A stretch of DNA of 64,000 nucleotides from the sequence record MK327941.1. One strand, written 5' to 3'. Origin of the DNA: Escherichia phage vB_EcoM_G37-3. Numbering within the stretch: the first letter of the stretch is position 1; every line of letters begins with the position of its first letter. Under the pieces are notes generated by a model, which was not told the DNA's origin, made no database searches, and saw nothing but the letters and a program-made list of their open reading frames with translations. This document shows, in pieces, positions 46,572 to 54,522 of the stretch. A program made the position numbers and the translations under genes.

Positions 46572-46918
46572 GCCAGACCTCGCAAAACACTAATAGCATA
46601 ATCATGCTGGTTATTCATAATATCAATTGCATTGTGATAACGAGCTAAACCATCAAGGATAAATTCTTGTTTATCCTGTTTCAGTTTTGTATCACGCGCA
46701 GCCATAAGAGCATCAAGAACAGGTCCAAAGTGATTATCTAATTCATCTTCGGTTGCAATGTTTCCTATTGCCTCGTCGATCCGTGATTCTAATGCTTGCT
46801 TTTCGTTGATCACTTGCTGGGTATATTCCAACACATCAAGAATATCGCGGGTAACGTCGCCATGATAAGGTATTCCCGCATGAAAATGATCAATTAATCG
46901 CTGAATATCAATGTTCAT
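46568..46918 (-). CDS. hypothetical protein (116 aa)
   Basis: ORF with ATGA-type overlap. Confidence 0.45.
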   Translation of the reverse strand: MNIDIQRLIDHFHAGIPYHGDVTRDILDVLEYTQQVINEKQALESRIDEAIGNIATEDELDNHFGPVLDALMAARDTKLKQDKQEFILDGLARYHNAIDIMNNQHDYAISVLRGLA

Positions 46919-47253
46919 TTGTAACCCTCCTCTGAAAGCACATCCCAGATCGTTGCGTCAAGATGCATTAAATTCCACATAATAGAGTCATAACTACCGA
47001 AGCCAGAAGTAAAAATTACATCACACTGGCGATATGTCTTATGAAAATCGGTGGCTGTCTCTGCATCAATCGGCATATCGTCACCGGAAAGCACCAGACA
47101 TTTAAGAATCATAACTCTGTTAGCCGTTGGCGCTTGCTTAGTCTTTTCAGCATATTTTTCGATGATCCGTTTTGCCTTTTCTTCTTTGATACGTCCAGAC
47201 CAAATCCGGTTTCGGTATTGATTCATAATAATTTCAATCACATCATTTTGCAT
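46915..47253 (-). CDS. hypothetical protein (112 aa)
   Basis: ORF with overlap to neighbours. Confidence 0.45.
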   Translation of the reverse strand: MQNDVIEIIMNQYRNRIWSGRIKEEKAKRIIEKYAEKTKQAPTANRVMILKCLVLSGDDMPIDAETATDFHKTYRQCDVIFTSGFGSYDSIMWNLMHLDATIWDVLSEEGYK

Positions 47254-47452
47254 TCTTCACGGTCTCCATAATTGTTTTGTAAGCCAGCTTAAGATGATCA
47301 CCGAAAAACTTTGCAGTGTTACCCTTCGGATCGCGGAGCATGGTTTCTACGATCTCATCGGCAGTAACAATTTCTCCTTTCTTTGCTGCATGTTCTACCA
47401 TATACTTCAAAGTTTCTTCGGAAGCAAGTGCTGCGGCTACTGGATTAATCAT
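47243..47452 (-). CDS. hypothetical protein (69 aa)
   Basis: AAAGGAGAACCAAA leader after an early promoter. Confidence 0.45.
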   Translation of the reverse strand: MINPVAAALASEETLKYMVEHAAKKGEIVTADEIVETMLRDPKGNTAKFFGDHLKLAYKTIMETVKNAK

Positions 47453-47481
47453 TTTGGTTCTCCTTTGTTGTCGATGTGTGC

Positions 47482-47510
47482 ATTATGCTATACCCTATTC
47501 CTGTTGTCAA
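47482..47510 (-). promoter_or_regulatory. early promoter (PeSL-type) TTGACA-N17-CATAAT
   Basis: Hexamers on minus strand; approximate. Confidence 0.5.
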
Positions 47511-47520
47511 CACCTAAAAA

Positions 47521-47551
47521 CGAAAAAGCCACCCTTTCGGATGGCTTTTTG
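47521..47551. terminator. bidirectional intrinsic terminator hairpin
   Basis: AAAAAGCCACCCTTTCGGATGGCTTTTT with A/T runs on both sides. Confidence 0.6.
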
Positions 47552-47780
47552 ATTATATTTTATTCACGTCCATTTGTATAGTAGTGTTTGAATCGACCTT
47601 TGCTAAACTAGTTAAACATAGTAACCAATTCACCATCCCTTTCCAATGATAACCCTTCCTCGTCTTAGACGGGTCTTCCGATTCGGCAGTAATTGAACAC
47701 GCGAAAGTATGAGGAAGCCAAATAGTTGTGTTAATGCTAGTATTCTTTTACTTCTGGTATGCATCCCACGGTGACTAACA

Positions 47781-48179
47781 TTAAGCCAGTTGAGTGAGTT
47801 TATAAATTGTTTTAAAGCATAGAGCTTTGATATCGTCTAAAACACTCTGTAACGAGCTATCAACATCATTATAAATCTCACTAGCCATTTGCGTTAACTC
47901 TTGCAAATAGGCAATTTCGCTAATCTCCTTGCGGACGACCAACTTTGGCTGATAACGACCAGTGATCCCAATATTGGTTTCAGTGAAATTATCAACCAAT
48001 TCTTGCATTTCAAGATAGAACTCTTCTAGAGCCTTATGTTTTGCATAAGATCCAGGACCAGTTACCCCAAAATGCGCAGAATGCATATAAGTAACACTCA
48101 TCAGACATTCACCGATAAAGCGGTCAACTTTATTAGCCTTTCCCTCTTCGGACGTCTTTAGAAAATCACTGAATTTCAT
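47781..48179 (-). CDS. Dps-like (ferritin superfamily) protein
   Basis: 132 aa from ATG at 48179 behind GGAGA RBS; ferroxidase-type spacing H-x12-H-x15-D-x3-E (SAHFGVTGPGSYAKHKALEEFYLEMQELVDNFTE). Confidence 0.55.
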   Translation of the reverse strand: MKFSDFLKTSEEGKANKVDRFIGECLMSVTYMHSAHFGVTGPGSYAKHKALEEFYLEMQELVDNFTETNIGITGRYQPKLVVRKEISEIAYLQELTQMASEIYNDVDSSLQSVLDDIKALCFKTIYKLTQLA

Positions 48180-48468
48180 GTTCTCGATTCTCCATATTAT
48201 GCAACAGAACAAATTGTTGTGCGGCATATCCCCCCATAATAAAACACTGCCTAGAATCCATACATTTACTACGAGCATACATCTTCATAATATGGGCATG
48301 AAATTTCTGGCTGGTTTCAATGGAAGGAGATATTTTGTTTACATATACTATCATTGCGCCGTCGAAATAATCAGTAAAGTCACCAGTTGGATCATATTGA
48401 TCAGCACTGACACTTCCGACCGCAGTCAAGCATATTGCCGCTGTTAGAGTTTTACGAATAAATGACAT
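48166..48468 (-). CDS. secreted/periplasmic protein (100 aa) with N-terminal signal peptide
   Basis: MSFIRKTLTAAICLTAVGSVSA signal-like N-terminus; GGGGGA RBS. Confidence 0.5.
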   Translation of the reverse strand: MSFIRKTLTAAICLTAVGSVSADQYDPTGDFTDYFDGAMIVYVNKISPSIETSQKFHAHIMKMYARSKCMDSRQCFIMGGYAAQQFVLLHNMENREHEIQ

Positions 48469-48502
48469 AAGTCATTCCCCCAGATTGAAAATATTCAGTT
48501 AT

Positions 48503-48510
48503 ATTTATAA
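48503..48510 (-). promoter_or_regulatory. T4-type late promoter TATAAATA
   Basis: Minus-strand TATAAATA in the loop of a 9-bp inverted repeat CCCCAGATT/AATCTGGGG, between tk and the secreted-protein gene. Confidence 0.45.
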
Positions 48511-48536
48511 TCTGGGGCTTTATTTATGATTAACTC

Positions 48537-49133
48537 TTATTTGGTAGTACCGTCAATAAAATGTTTACGGCACACAGAAACATATTTATCCTCTGCGCCG
48601 ACTTCTATTTGAGCACCATCGCGAATAACATTACCCTCTTTATCTACACGAAGGACCATTGTTGCTTTCTTGCCACAATGACAAATACCTTTCATTTCGA
48701 CCAGTTTATCAGCAAGTGCCATCAATGCCGCAGATCCTTCAAATAGATTGCCCTGAAAGTCAGTGCGAAGGCCATAGCACAGTACAGGGATATTTGCATC
48801 ATCGACAAGCGCACACAAGCCTAAAACATGCTCTTTAGTCATAAATTGGGCTTCGTCTACAAAAACTGCATCTGGACGCCATCGATCCGGTCTACGTTTA
48901 CCTAACGATTCACGATAAACCAAATCGAAAAGATCATCCGATTTAGTGAAGGTGATCGCTGGAGCACTTAGACCAATTCGGGAAACAACTTCACTTTCTG
49001 AATATCGATTATCAATCGCTGGCTTAAGAATTAATACTCGCATATCACGTTCGGTATAGTTATAAGCACTTTGTAACAGAGAAGTTGATTTGCCAGCGTT
49101 CATAGATGCATAGTAGAAATATAATTGCGCCAT
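48537..49133 (-). CDS. tk: thymidine kinase
   Basis: 198 aa; P-loop NAGKST, zinc ribbon CHCGKKA...VCRKH; colinear with T4 Tk. Confidence 0.92.
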   Translation of the reverse strand: MAQLYFYYASMNAGKSTSLLQSAYNYTERDMRVLILKPAIDNRYSESEVVSRIGLSAPAITFTKSDDLFDLVYRESLGKRRPDRWRPDAVFVDEAQFMTKEHVLGLCALVDDANIPVLCYGLRTDFQGNLFEGSAALMALADKLVEMKGICHCGKKATMVLRVDKEGNVIRDGAQIEVGAEDKYVSVCRKHFIDGTTK

Positions 49134-49426
49134 TAATTAATCTCCAAAAATCCAGCAAGACCTAAACCGATATAAGTCCAGATACCAATAAAAAAGATGT
49201 TAATGCTCATGACAAGGATAAACCCTTTTAGCGTTTTAGGATATCCGACCCAATATTCCCGACCATCTTCTAACCGGATCAACTTATTTCCTTGCGAGTC
49301 CATATCAACCACAACATGTTTATTTCGAGATTGCAATAGATATTGTTTTACAATCTCCACACCCGCCATAATAACAATAACGAAAATAAAAGTCCACACA
49401 ACAAGATTAATGATAGTCTCAAGCAT
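49133..49426 (-). CDS. membrane protein (97 aa, two TM segments)
   Basis: Hydrophobic N- and C-terminal segments; TAATG overlap with tk. Confidence 0.5.
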   Translation of the reverse strand: MLETIINLVVWTFIFVIVIMAGVEIVKQYLLQSRNKHVVVDMDSQGNKLIRLEDGREYWVGYPKTLKGFILVMSINIFFIGIWTYIGLGLAGFLEIN

Positions 49427-49661
49427 TTTCTATCACCTCCACCCAATCAGGTGTTTCCTGAAAGACTCCTTCACCTTCATGATGGTCGCAACCTTTATTG
49501 CTGCAATACATCCACCAATCCCACATTCCCCACGGTAAACGCTGCATATCGTCGTTACAGCAAGTGAATATAATAGGCCAACCACATCTAACACATCGGC
49601 AGTTTTCCTTCATGTGTGCGGTATTAGGCTTCTTCATAGATGACTCCAATATAATCGACAT
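49419..49661 (-). CDS. small Cys-rich protein (80 aa; start uncertain)
   Basis: CRCVRCG...CCNDD...CSNKGCDHHEGEG. Confidence 0.4.
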   Translation of the reverse strand: MSIILESSMKKPNTAHMKENCRCVRCGWPIIFTCCNDDMQRLPWGMWDWWMYCSNKGCDHHEGEGVFQETPDWVEVIENA

Positions 49662-49828
49662 TTACATTTAGGGCAATGCGGTTCTTTAATATAATACCCG
49701 TCTGTCTTTGGAACACTAACAGGAGCGGTTTTTATATTGTATTCAGTGAAACAACGAAAACAAGTTACGTTTTCTACAGACTGACGTTTCACCCAATCAC
49801 CGGAATATAGATCATTTTTATTTGTCAT
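49634..49828 (-). CDS. small zinc-ribbon-like protein (64 aa)
   Basis: CFRCF...CPKCKC; internal ATG at 49828. Confidence 0.4.
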   Translation of the reverse strand: MTNKNDLYSGDWVKRQSVENVTCFRCFTEYNIKTAPVSVPKTDGYYIKEPHCPKCKCRLYWSHL

Positions 49829-50273
49829 ATTCAACCACCACAATGTTAATGTCTGGAGTAGCAATATTAATGATCTCTTCTACACATTCCCACTCAAGGC
49901 CACCGATACCGCAACCGATTTTAGGAATATAGAAAGGCTGTATAGCACCTTCAAAAACATCATTGATAGTCTCAAATCCTTTCAGGATAGCACCATATTC
50001 AGCATTTGGACCCGGTCGGAATTGGGTATAGAGATTCACCCCGCACCAGTTATAACCATTAACTTGATGCGTCCAGACACTAAACCCACCCAGCTTTTCT
50101 ACCTTACCGCGAGAAGTTTGCTTGTCAATCTCTAACGCTTGCGGGAACTCTTTCGCGATCTTTGCAGCAATACCAGCGCCCATAGTATGAAAACAATTAC
50201 AACCATGAATTAAATGACCGTTTCCTTGTTTAAACAGGGCGATGAGATCGCCCTTTACAGTATCAATAATCAT
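49818..50273 (-). CDS. macrodomain protein, TARG1/OARD1-like (putative ADP-ribosyl hydrolase)
   Basis: VKGDLIALFKQGNGHLIHGCNCFHTMGAGIAAKIAKEF matches the OARD1/TARG1 GDLF...HC.S.D..MGAGIA signature; GAGAGGTTTATATT leader. Confidence 0.7.
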   Translation of the reverse strand: MIIDTVKGDLIALFKQGNGHLIHGCNCFHTMGAGIAAKIAKEFPQALEIDKQTSRGKVEKLGGFSVWTHQVNGYNWCGVNLYTQFRPGPNAEYGAILKGFETINDVFEGAIQPFYIPKIGCGIGGLEWECVEEIINIATPDINIVVVEYDK

Positions 50274-50288
50274 AATATAAACCTCTCA

Positions 50289-50648
50289 TTAGTCACGGGA
50301 AGACAACCCAGCCATAAAACGGCTTAACAGTGTGTCGCGATAAGCAAAGCATAATTGCTTATCAGGGGCAGTATCACAAAGGTTGCGTTTTGTTTTAGCA
50401 AAGCTGGCAATACTCAGATCCCACGCTCGATTTTTTCGTTTTTCGTCTCGACCTTGTTTGTATGCTTCATCAAGTTCGAGCGCGATAAAATCACTACACA
50501 TGTTATCATCATCACAGAAAGTTTTAATGATCTTTTTGTTGATCTCAAATCCTTTGTATTCGAACTTTGGATAAGGGCGCTCATTACTAGCAAGCGCACC
50601 AGCAGAGAACATCATAGCAATCATAGCAATTATTGTCAACTTTTTCAT
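50289..50648 (-). CDS. secreted/periplasmic protein (119 aa) with signal peptide and 4 Cys
   Basis: MKKLTIIAMIAMMFSAGALA signal-like N-terminus. Confidence 0.5.
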   Translation of the reverse strand: MKKLTIIAMIAMMFSAGALASNERPYPKFEYKGFEINKKIIKTFCDDDNMCSDFIALELDEAYKQGRDEKRKNRAWDLSIASFAKTKRNLCDTAPDKQLCFAYRDTLLSRFMAGLSSRD

Positions 50649-50655
50649 ATATTCC

Positions 50656-51246
50656 TCAATAGCGTTTAGTCTTAAGAATGCCTTTACTCTTTAGATGGTT
50701 AGCCTTTTTTAGTACGTCATCAGCATAACCTAATCCGGCTTTATAGTTCCATCCAGCATTGTAAGAAGCTAGCGCGAGTCGGATATTACCGTTTCGAACA
50801 TCCAGCCAGTATGCTAACTCATCCATCGCGTAGAATGCAGAAACCTCGCGATTCATGATAAAGTTGATAGTCTGGCGATCACTCATTTTAACACCGCGCT
50901 TTGCATTTTTCGCTTTCACCGTTTTAAGGTAATTTTGAAATAATCCATAAGCATGATGATTTTTCTTTGGTGCTAAGTTTGCACCCGCGCTTGATTCTTG
51001 CCATGCGATACCCGCCAGGATGTGACCTAAACCCTTTCCGTTATAGCGAATATTCGGATGGTACTTTTTCAACTTACCGCTTTTCTCAAATTGCTCGCCG
51101 TATTGATAGGCGAAATGTAAATTATCTAGTTGGTGTGGTGTAAAGTTGTCTATCGGCGCTTTTTTGATCGGTGCGCTAGTCGATGCGTGTGTAGCACCAA
51201 CGGCTAGTGACAGACTCAATACTATCGCTTTTAGAACTTTTAACAT
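50656..51246 (-). CDS. secreted lytic transglycosylase (SLT domain)
   Basis: Signal-like N-terminus MLKVLKAIVLSLSLAVGATHA; SLT motifs GIAWQESS and AYGLFQ. Confidence 0.65.
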   Translation of the reverse strand: MLKVLKAIVLSLSLAVGATHASTSAPIKKAPIDNFTPHQLDNLHFAYQYGEQFEKSGKLKKYHPNIRYNGKGLGHILAGIAWQESSAGANLAPKKNHHAYGLFQNYLKTVKAKNAKRGVKMSDRQTINFIMNREVSAFYAMDELAYWLDVRNGNIRLALASYNAGWNYKAGLGYADDVLKKANHLKSKGILKTKRY

Positions 51247-51332
51247 TAATTTCTCCTGTTTGGCTTAACTTTCTGATTCCATAATATAGCCCTATCACCA
51301 GAAAGTCAAGCATTATTTTTAACCAATTTCCA

Positions 51333-51755
51333 TTATTGGTCTACCTTCAAAACAACCGCCGACATTTTACCCGCCAGTCGTTTTGGATTCTCTATAATCA
51401 TTCGGCAGCATAGACCGTGATATGGCTTACCCTCTTCGATTAGATCTACTGTCATCCCGATCCACATGTTACCGTCAGTAATTTCTAATCGATTCGGTCG
51501 GTCTTCCATTTTCAGGAAGTCGAAGATCTCCGGCAAACGAGTTTCTATCTTATTGAATAGTTCCATTGTCTTATGTTCATCGATATGACGATCGGTTAGA
51601 CGGTCGATCATATGCGGACTAAAGCGAATGAAAATATACTCACCATAACCATCATTCAAGCACTTTTCTTTGATCTTCGCATTGGTTTTGCGCATTTCGG
51701 TTTCGAAGAATCTACGCAGCTTACTACGGCGAACATGTACGTTAATTGTTTCCAT
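51333..51755 (-). CDS. hypothetical protein (140 aa)
   Basis: Internal ATG at 51755 behind AAGGA RBS. Confidence 0.45.
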   Translation of the reverse strand: METINVHVRRSKLRRFFETEMRKTNAKIKEKCLNDGYGEYIFIRFSPHMIDRLTDRHIDEHKTMELFNKIETRLPEIFDFLKMEDRPNRLEITDGNMWIGMTVDLIEEGKPYHGLCCRMIIENPKRLAGKMSAVVLKVDQ

Positions 51756-51759
51756 TTTA

Positions 51760-52095
51760 TTATCCTTTCTTAAACAAATTGCGAATCCAGTATACAAACG
51801 GGATTTCTTTAAACTTGAACTTGTCAATAGTTAATTCTTTAGTAGCAAGATGAATACCATAAGCATCATGTGTCACGATATGCCATTTTCTATAGTCCAA
51901 ATGTGAACAACCGTCTGGATCTAGGTTAATAAGAGTTTCTCGCTCACTAGGATTATTTTTCCACAATTTTGTAATAGGATCGCACATAATTCGACCTAGC
52001 GTACCATGAATAATCTCACAACGGTAAAGTTTTCCAGCAGTGAGATAGGCGCACCCGTCATAGTCTGTATAAACAAACACTTCTTTAACACTCAT
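51760..52095 (-). CDS. small protein, GCSHL-motif tandem paralog A
   Basis: DPDGCSHLDYRKWHIV; AAGGAGTATTAAA leader after an early promoter. Confidence 0.45.
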   Translation of the reverse strand: MSVKEVFVYTDYDGCAYLTAGKLYRCEIIHGTLGRIMCDPITKLWKNNPSERETLINLDPDGCSHLDYRKWHIVTHDAYGIHLATKELTIDKFKFKEIPFVYWIRNLFKKG

Positions 52096-52123
52096 TTTAA
52101 TACTCCTTTGTTTCGATGGGGGT

Positions 52124-52152
52124 ATATTACTACCCCCGTTTTGTTGTGTCAA
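52124..52152 (-). promoter_or_regulatory. early promoter (PeSL-type) TTGACA-N17-TAATAT
   Basis: -10 inside GGGGGTA/TACCCCC inverted repeat; approximate. Confidence 0.5.
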
Positions 52153-52398
52153 CTACTTTTTCAAGATTTTTTTAATTGCGTTCCAAAGACCTTTATTCTC
52201 AGGTTGTTTTGGTTCTTCGATCAGTGTCCAGGTTCGACCGTCTAAGTGTGCACAATTTTTAAGACAAATAAAAATCTGGTGTCCTTTATCATCACGGATA
52301 TAACCACTATTCGCAAATCTTTCATGTGGTGTATATTCATACAGTGTATTTGGTGTAATATACTTGCGGTTACTATAAGGTGTCATCACATACATCAT
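52153..52398 (-). CDS. small protein, GCSHL-motif tandem paralog B
   Basis: ICLKNCAHLDGRTWTLI; ATGA overlap with paralog C. Confidence 0.45.
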   Translation of the reverse strand: MMYVMTPYSNRKYITPNTLYEYTPHERFANSGYIRDDKGHQIFICLKNCAHLDGRTWTLIEEPKQPENKGLWNAIKKILKK

Positions 52399-52589
52399 GG
52401 TACTAACTCCCATTTATCACCGCGAAGATGAGAACATCCACCATCAAGAAGGATCGTAATACGAAACCCCGCATCATCTTCAATATACCCGATAGTCGGT
52501 GGATTTTCGTCGTCTCGTGTCGGGGTAAAATCATACATCTTTCCGGGCGTAATATCTTGTCCTTTATTACTATTGGTATAAACTTGCAT
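52395..52589 (-). CDS. small protein, GCSHL-motif tandem paralog C
   Basis: LLDGGCSHLRGDKWELV; GGAGA RBS. Confidence 0.45.
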   Translation of the reverse strand: MQVYTNSNKGQDITPGKMYDFTPTRDDENPPTIGYIEDDAGFRITILLDGGCSHLRGDKWELVP

Positions 52590-52610
52590 TTTCTTAATCT
52601 CCTATATTAA

Positions 52611-53309
52611 CTAACCACGGGTATAGTGTTCCAGAACAACGGTCAGATGAATATATTCTAATAAATCCTTCCAAAAGTCAACATCTGGTTCTTCCGGCAT
52701 ACCGTTTTTCTTTGCCTCTTCACGCGCGAGTTTAACACGCTCGTAGAGATCTTTCAATTCTTCCCGCACATTATCAAAGGTTCTTTCTCCTAACTTACAC
52801 GCTAAAATAGAAGAACGTCGCGCGAGCGGGAATTGTAGATCACCAGTTTGATAGATTTCAAGTAGCTGATAACCAACACGCAGAGCATGAGAAAGATCTT
52901 TCCAGTTACTGAAATACTTTTCAGATTTTGCTACCTGCTTTTTGAGATAACCAGACAAACCCCACATCCCAACATGATAGAATTTATCGCGATGTGTTCT
53001 GATGTATTCCCATTCTCTGGAGGATTCAATCAACATGTTACTAGGCGCGTGCACCATGTCAATAGCGCCGATATCGCCTTTACATGCCAGATTGATAAAC
53101 CGTTTTAGACTGAACATATTAACGTCAATATCGTCTTTGGTGTTCTTGATACCTTGACCGCTAGTGCTTTGGTCATAGTGTTCTTTCATCGATCCTAAGA
53201 TAATTTCTTTCGCAGTCGGAACAAAGATACCACGATAATCTTTATCTGAATTTTCAGTATCAAGGCCGTATAAGTGAGATCCGAAGACCATTTTAACCAT
53301 AGTATGCAT
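52611..53309 (-). CDS. Pol-beta superfamily nucleotidyltransferase, function unknown
   Basis: 232 aa; NTase signature GS-x9-DxD (FGSHLYGLDTENSDKDY) and downstream DIDV; helical C-terminal half; GAGGG RBS. Confidence 0.6.
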   Translation of the reverse strand: MHTMVKMVFGSHLYGLDTENSDKDYRGIFVPTAKEIILGSMKEHYDQSTSGQGIKNTKDDIDVNMFSLKRFINLACKGDIGAIDMVHAPSNMLIESSREWEYIRTHRDKFYHVGMWGLSGYLKKQVAKSEKYFSNWKDLSHALRVGYQLLEIYQTGDLQFPLARRSSILACKLGERTFDNVREELKDLYERVKLAREEAKKNGMPEEPDVDFWKDLLEYIHLTVVLEHYTRG

Positions 53310-53327
53310 AATTAAACCCTCAGTTGA

Positions 53328-53921
53328 TTAAACGTATTCAGCGACAACATTGTGTTTAAAATTACCACTTCTTTTTGGATTTGGATTTTTCAATCGACTA
53401 TGTATTAAATTTTTGTTATATCCGGTTGCTTTAGACGCTTCTCCAATACTTTGATAAACAACACCATCAACACGAATCGGACGAGACTTATTAAACAGTT
53501 TATTCAATCCGGTATCATATGCATGGTTTTGGTTTTCTTGTCTTGTTGCGATCTCAAGATTCCAAACACAATTACAAGATTTTACCCCACTTTTATGATT
53601 AATTTCAAGCCCTTCACAATCACCTATAAAGTGTTCAGCGACTAGTCTATGAATATAGCGATATTTCTTAGTTTCCCCGTCATGCAAGCATACATTATAA
53701 TAACCATCACCAGCGCGTTTAGGTCGGAGTAGTTTACCTTTAACACGTTTTATAGTAGGGAACTCACCAAATTGATTTCGCTGGATAAAAGGAATCTCTC
53801 GGTCAAGTGAACGGATTCGACCATAGTTAGATACTTGATAAAACCCCCCATAGCCCTTAATCTGCTTCCATATCTCGGGGATTTCAACACCATCAATAAC
53901 AACAAGTTTAAGTTCTTCCAT
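53328..53921 (-). CDS. HNH homing endonuclease (NUMOD4-like plus HNH_3-type)
   Basis: YQVSNYGRIRS, HRLVAEHF...NHKSG...NLEIATRQENQNH; GAGGTG RBS. Confidence 0.85.
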   Translation of the reverse strand: MEELKLVVIDGVEIPEIWKQIKGYGGFYQVSNYGRIRSLDREIPFIQRNQFGEFPTIKRVKGKLLRPKRAGDGYYNVCLHDGETKKYRYIHRLVAEHFIGDCEGLEINHKSGVKSCNCVWNLEIATRQENQNHAYDTGLNKLFNKSRPIRVDGVVYQSIGEASKATGYNKNLIHSRLKNPNPKRSGNFKHNVVAEYV

Positions 53922-53933
53922 ATATCACCTCAT

Positions 53934-53964
53934 AAAAATAAAGCCAACCCTTTCGGATTGGCTT
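53934..53964 (-). terminator. intrinsic terminator
   Basis: Minus strand AAGCCAATCCGAAAGGGTTGGCTT followed by TATTTTTAT. Confidence 0.6.
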
Positions 53965-53969
53965 GTGTA

Positions 53970-54386
53970 TTACATAGATTCCGTAAAGGTACGGGTGATA
54001 ATATCAAGTTGCTGTTCGCGTGTCAAGGCATTGAAGCGGGTAGCATAACCACTGATTCGAATTGTAAGCTGCGGGTACTTTTCAGGATTTTCTAACGCAT
54101 CAAGAAGAGTCTCCCGACGCAGTACGTTCGCGTTTAGGTGCATTCCCCCTTCGATAATCGGTTTACCCGCATCGATTTCGCAAATTCGAAAATTGGTCTT
54201 ATGCAGCGCCAGCGAATCGACGTCTTCTGCGGTGATCACATGGTCTTCTGCGAAAGTTTTACTAACAATTACTTTAGCGCCGATCAGTGCTTTCGGTTCG
54301 GATACCAGAATCATAGGCGCGAAGTGTCCACCAATAATAGTACCTTTATGCTCACCTTTCATGATTTGAATTGCTTTAAATTCCAT
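53970..54386 (-). CDS. autonomous glycyl radical cofactor (GrcA/YfiD-like; T4 Y06I-type)
   Basis: C-terminal [15 protein letters not shown]...[37 protein letters not shown] is near-identical to the GrcA glycyl radical domain. Confidence 0.85.
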   Translation of the reverse strand: MEFKAIQIMKGEHKGTIIGGHFAPMILVSEPKALIGAKVIVSKTFAEDHVITAEDVDSLALHKTNFRICEIDAGKPIIEGGMHLNANVLRRETLLDALENPEKYPQLTIRISGYATRFNALTREQQLDIITRTFTESM

Positions 54387-54396
54387 AATTCACCTC

Positions 54397-54522
54397 TTAT
54401 AGATCAGGACGTTCGTCATTAATTTTACCAACCAAAACACCATAGAGTTTATCAGGTTGGATTTTACGATTCTTTTTAATTGTAGCACGAAATCGACGAG
54501 CTACGCTATCTTTATTTTTCAT
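54397..54522 (-). CDS. small basic protein (41 aa)
   Basis: Below track cutoff; TAATG overlap with upstream stop; Lys/Arg-rich. Confidence 0.3.
   Translation of the reverse strand: MKNKDSVARRFRATIKKNRKIQPDKLYGVLVGKINDERPDL

Noticed and set aside
47614-47764. 51-codon basic ORF on the minus strand
   Set aside because: No RBS, composition typical of out-of-frame AT-rich sequence, lies in a structured non-coding spacer
47552-47780. tRNA genes in the ORF-free spacers (also 59095..59266)
   Set aside because: No cloverleaf with a T-loop of GGTTCGAATCC type and matching acceptor stem could be built by eye on either strand; a tRNAscan run would be decisive
54138-54422. 94-aa plus-strand ORF
   Set aside because: Antisense to the GrcA-like gene, which is nearly identical to a known protein domain
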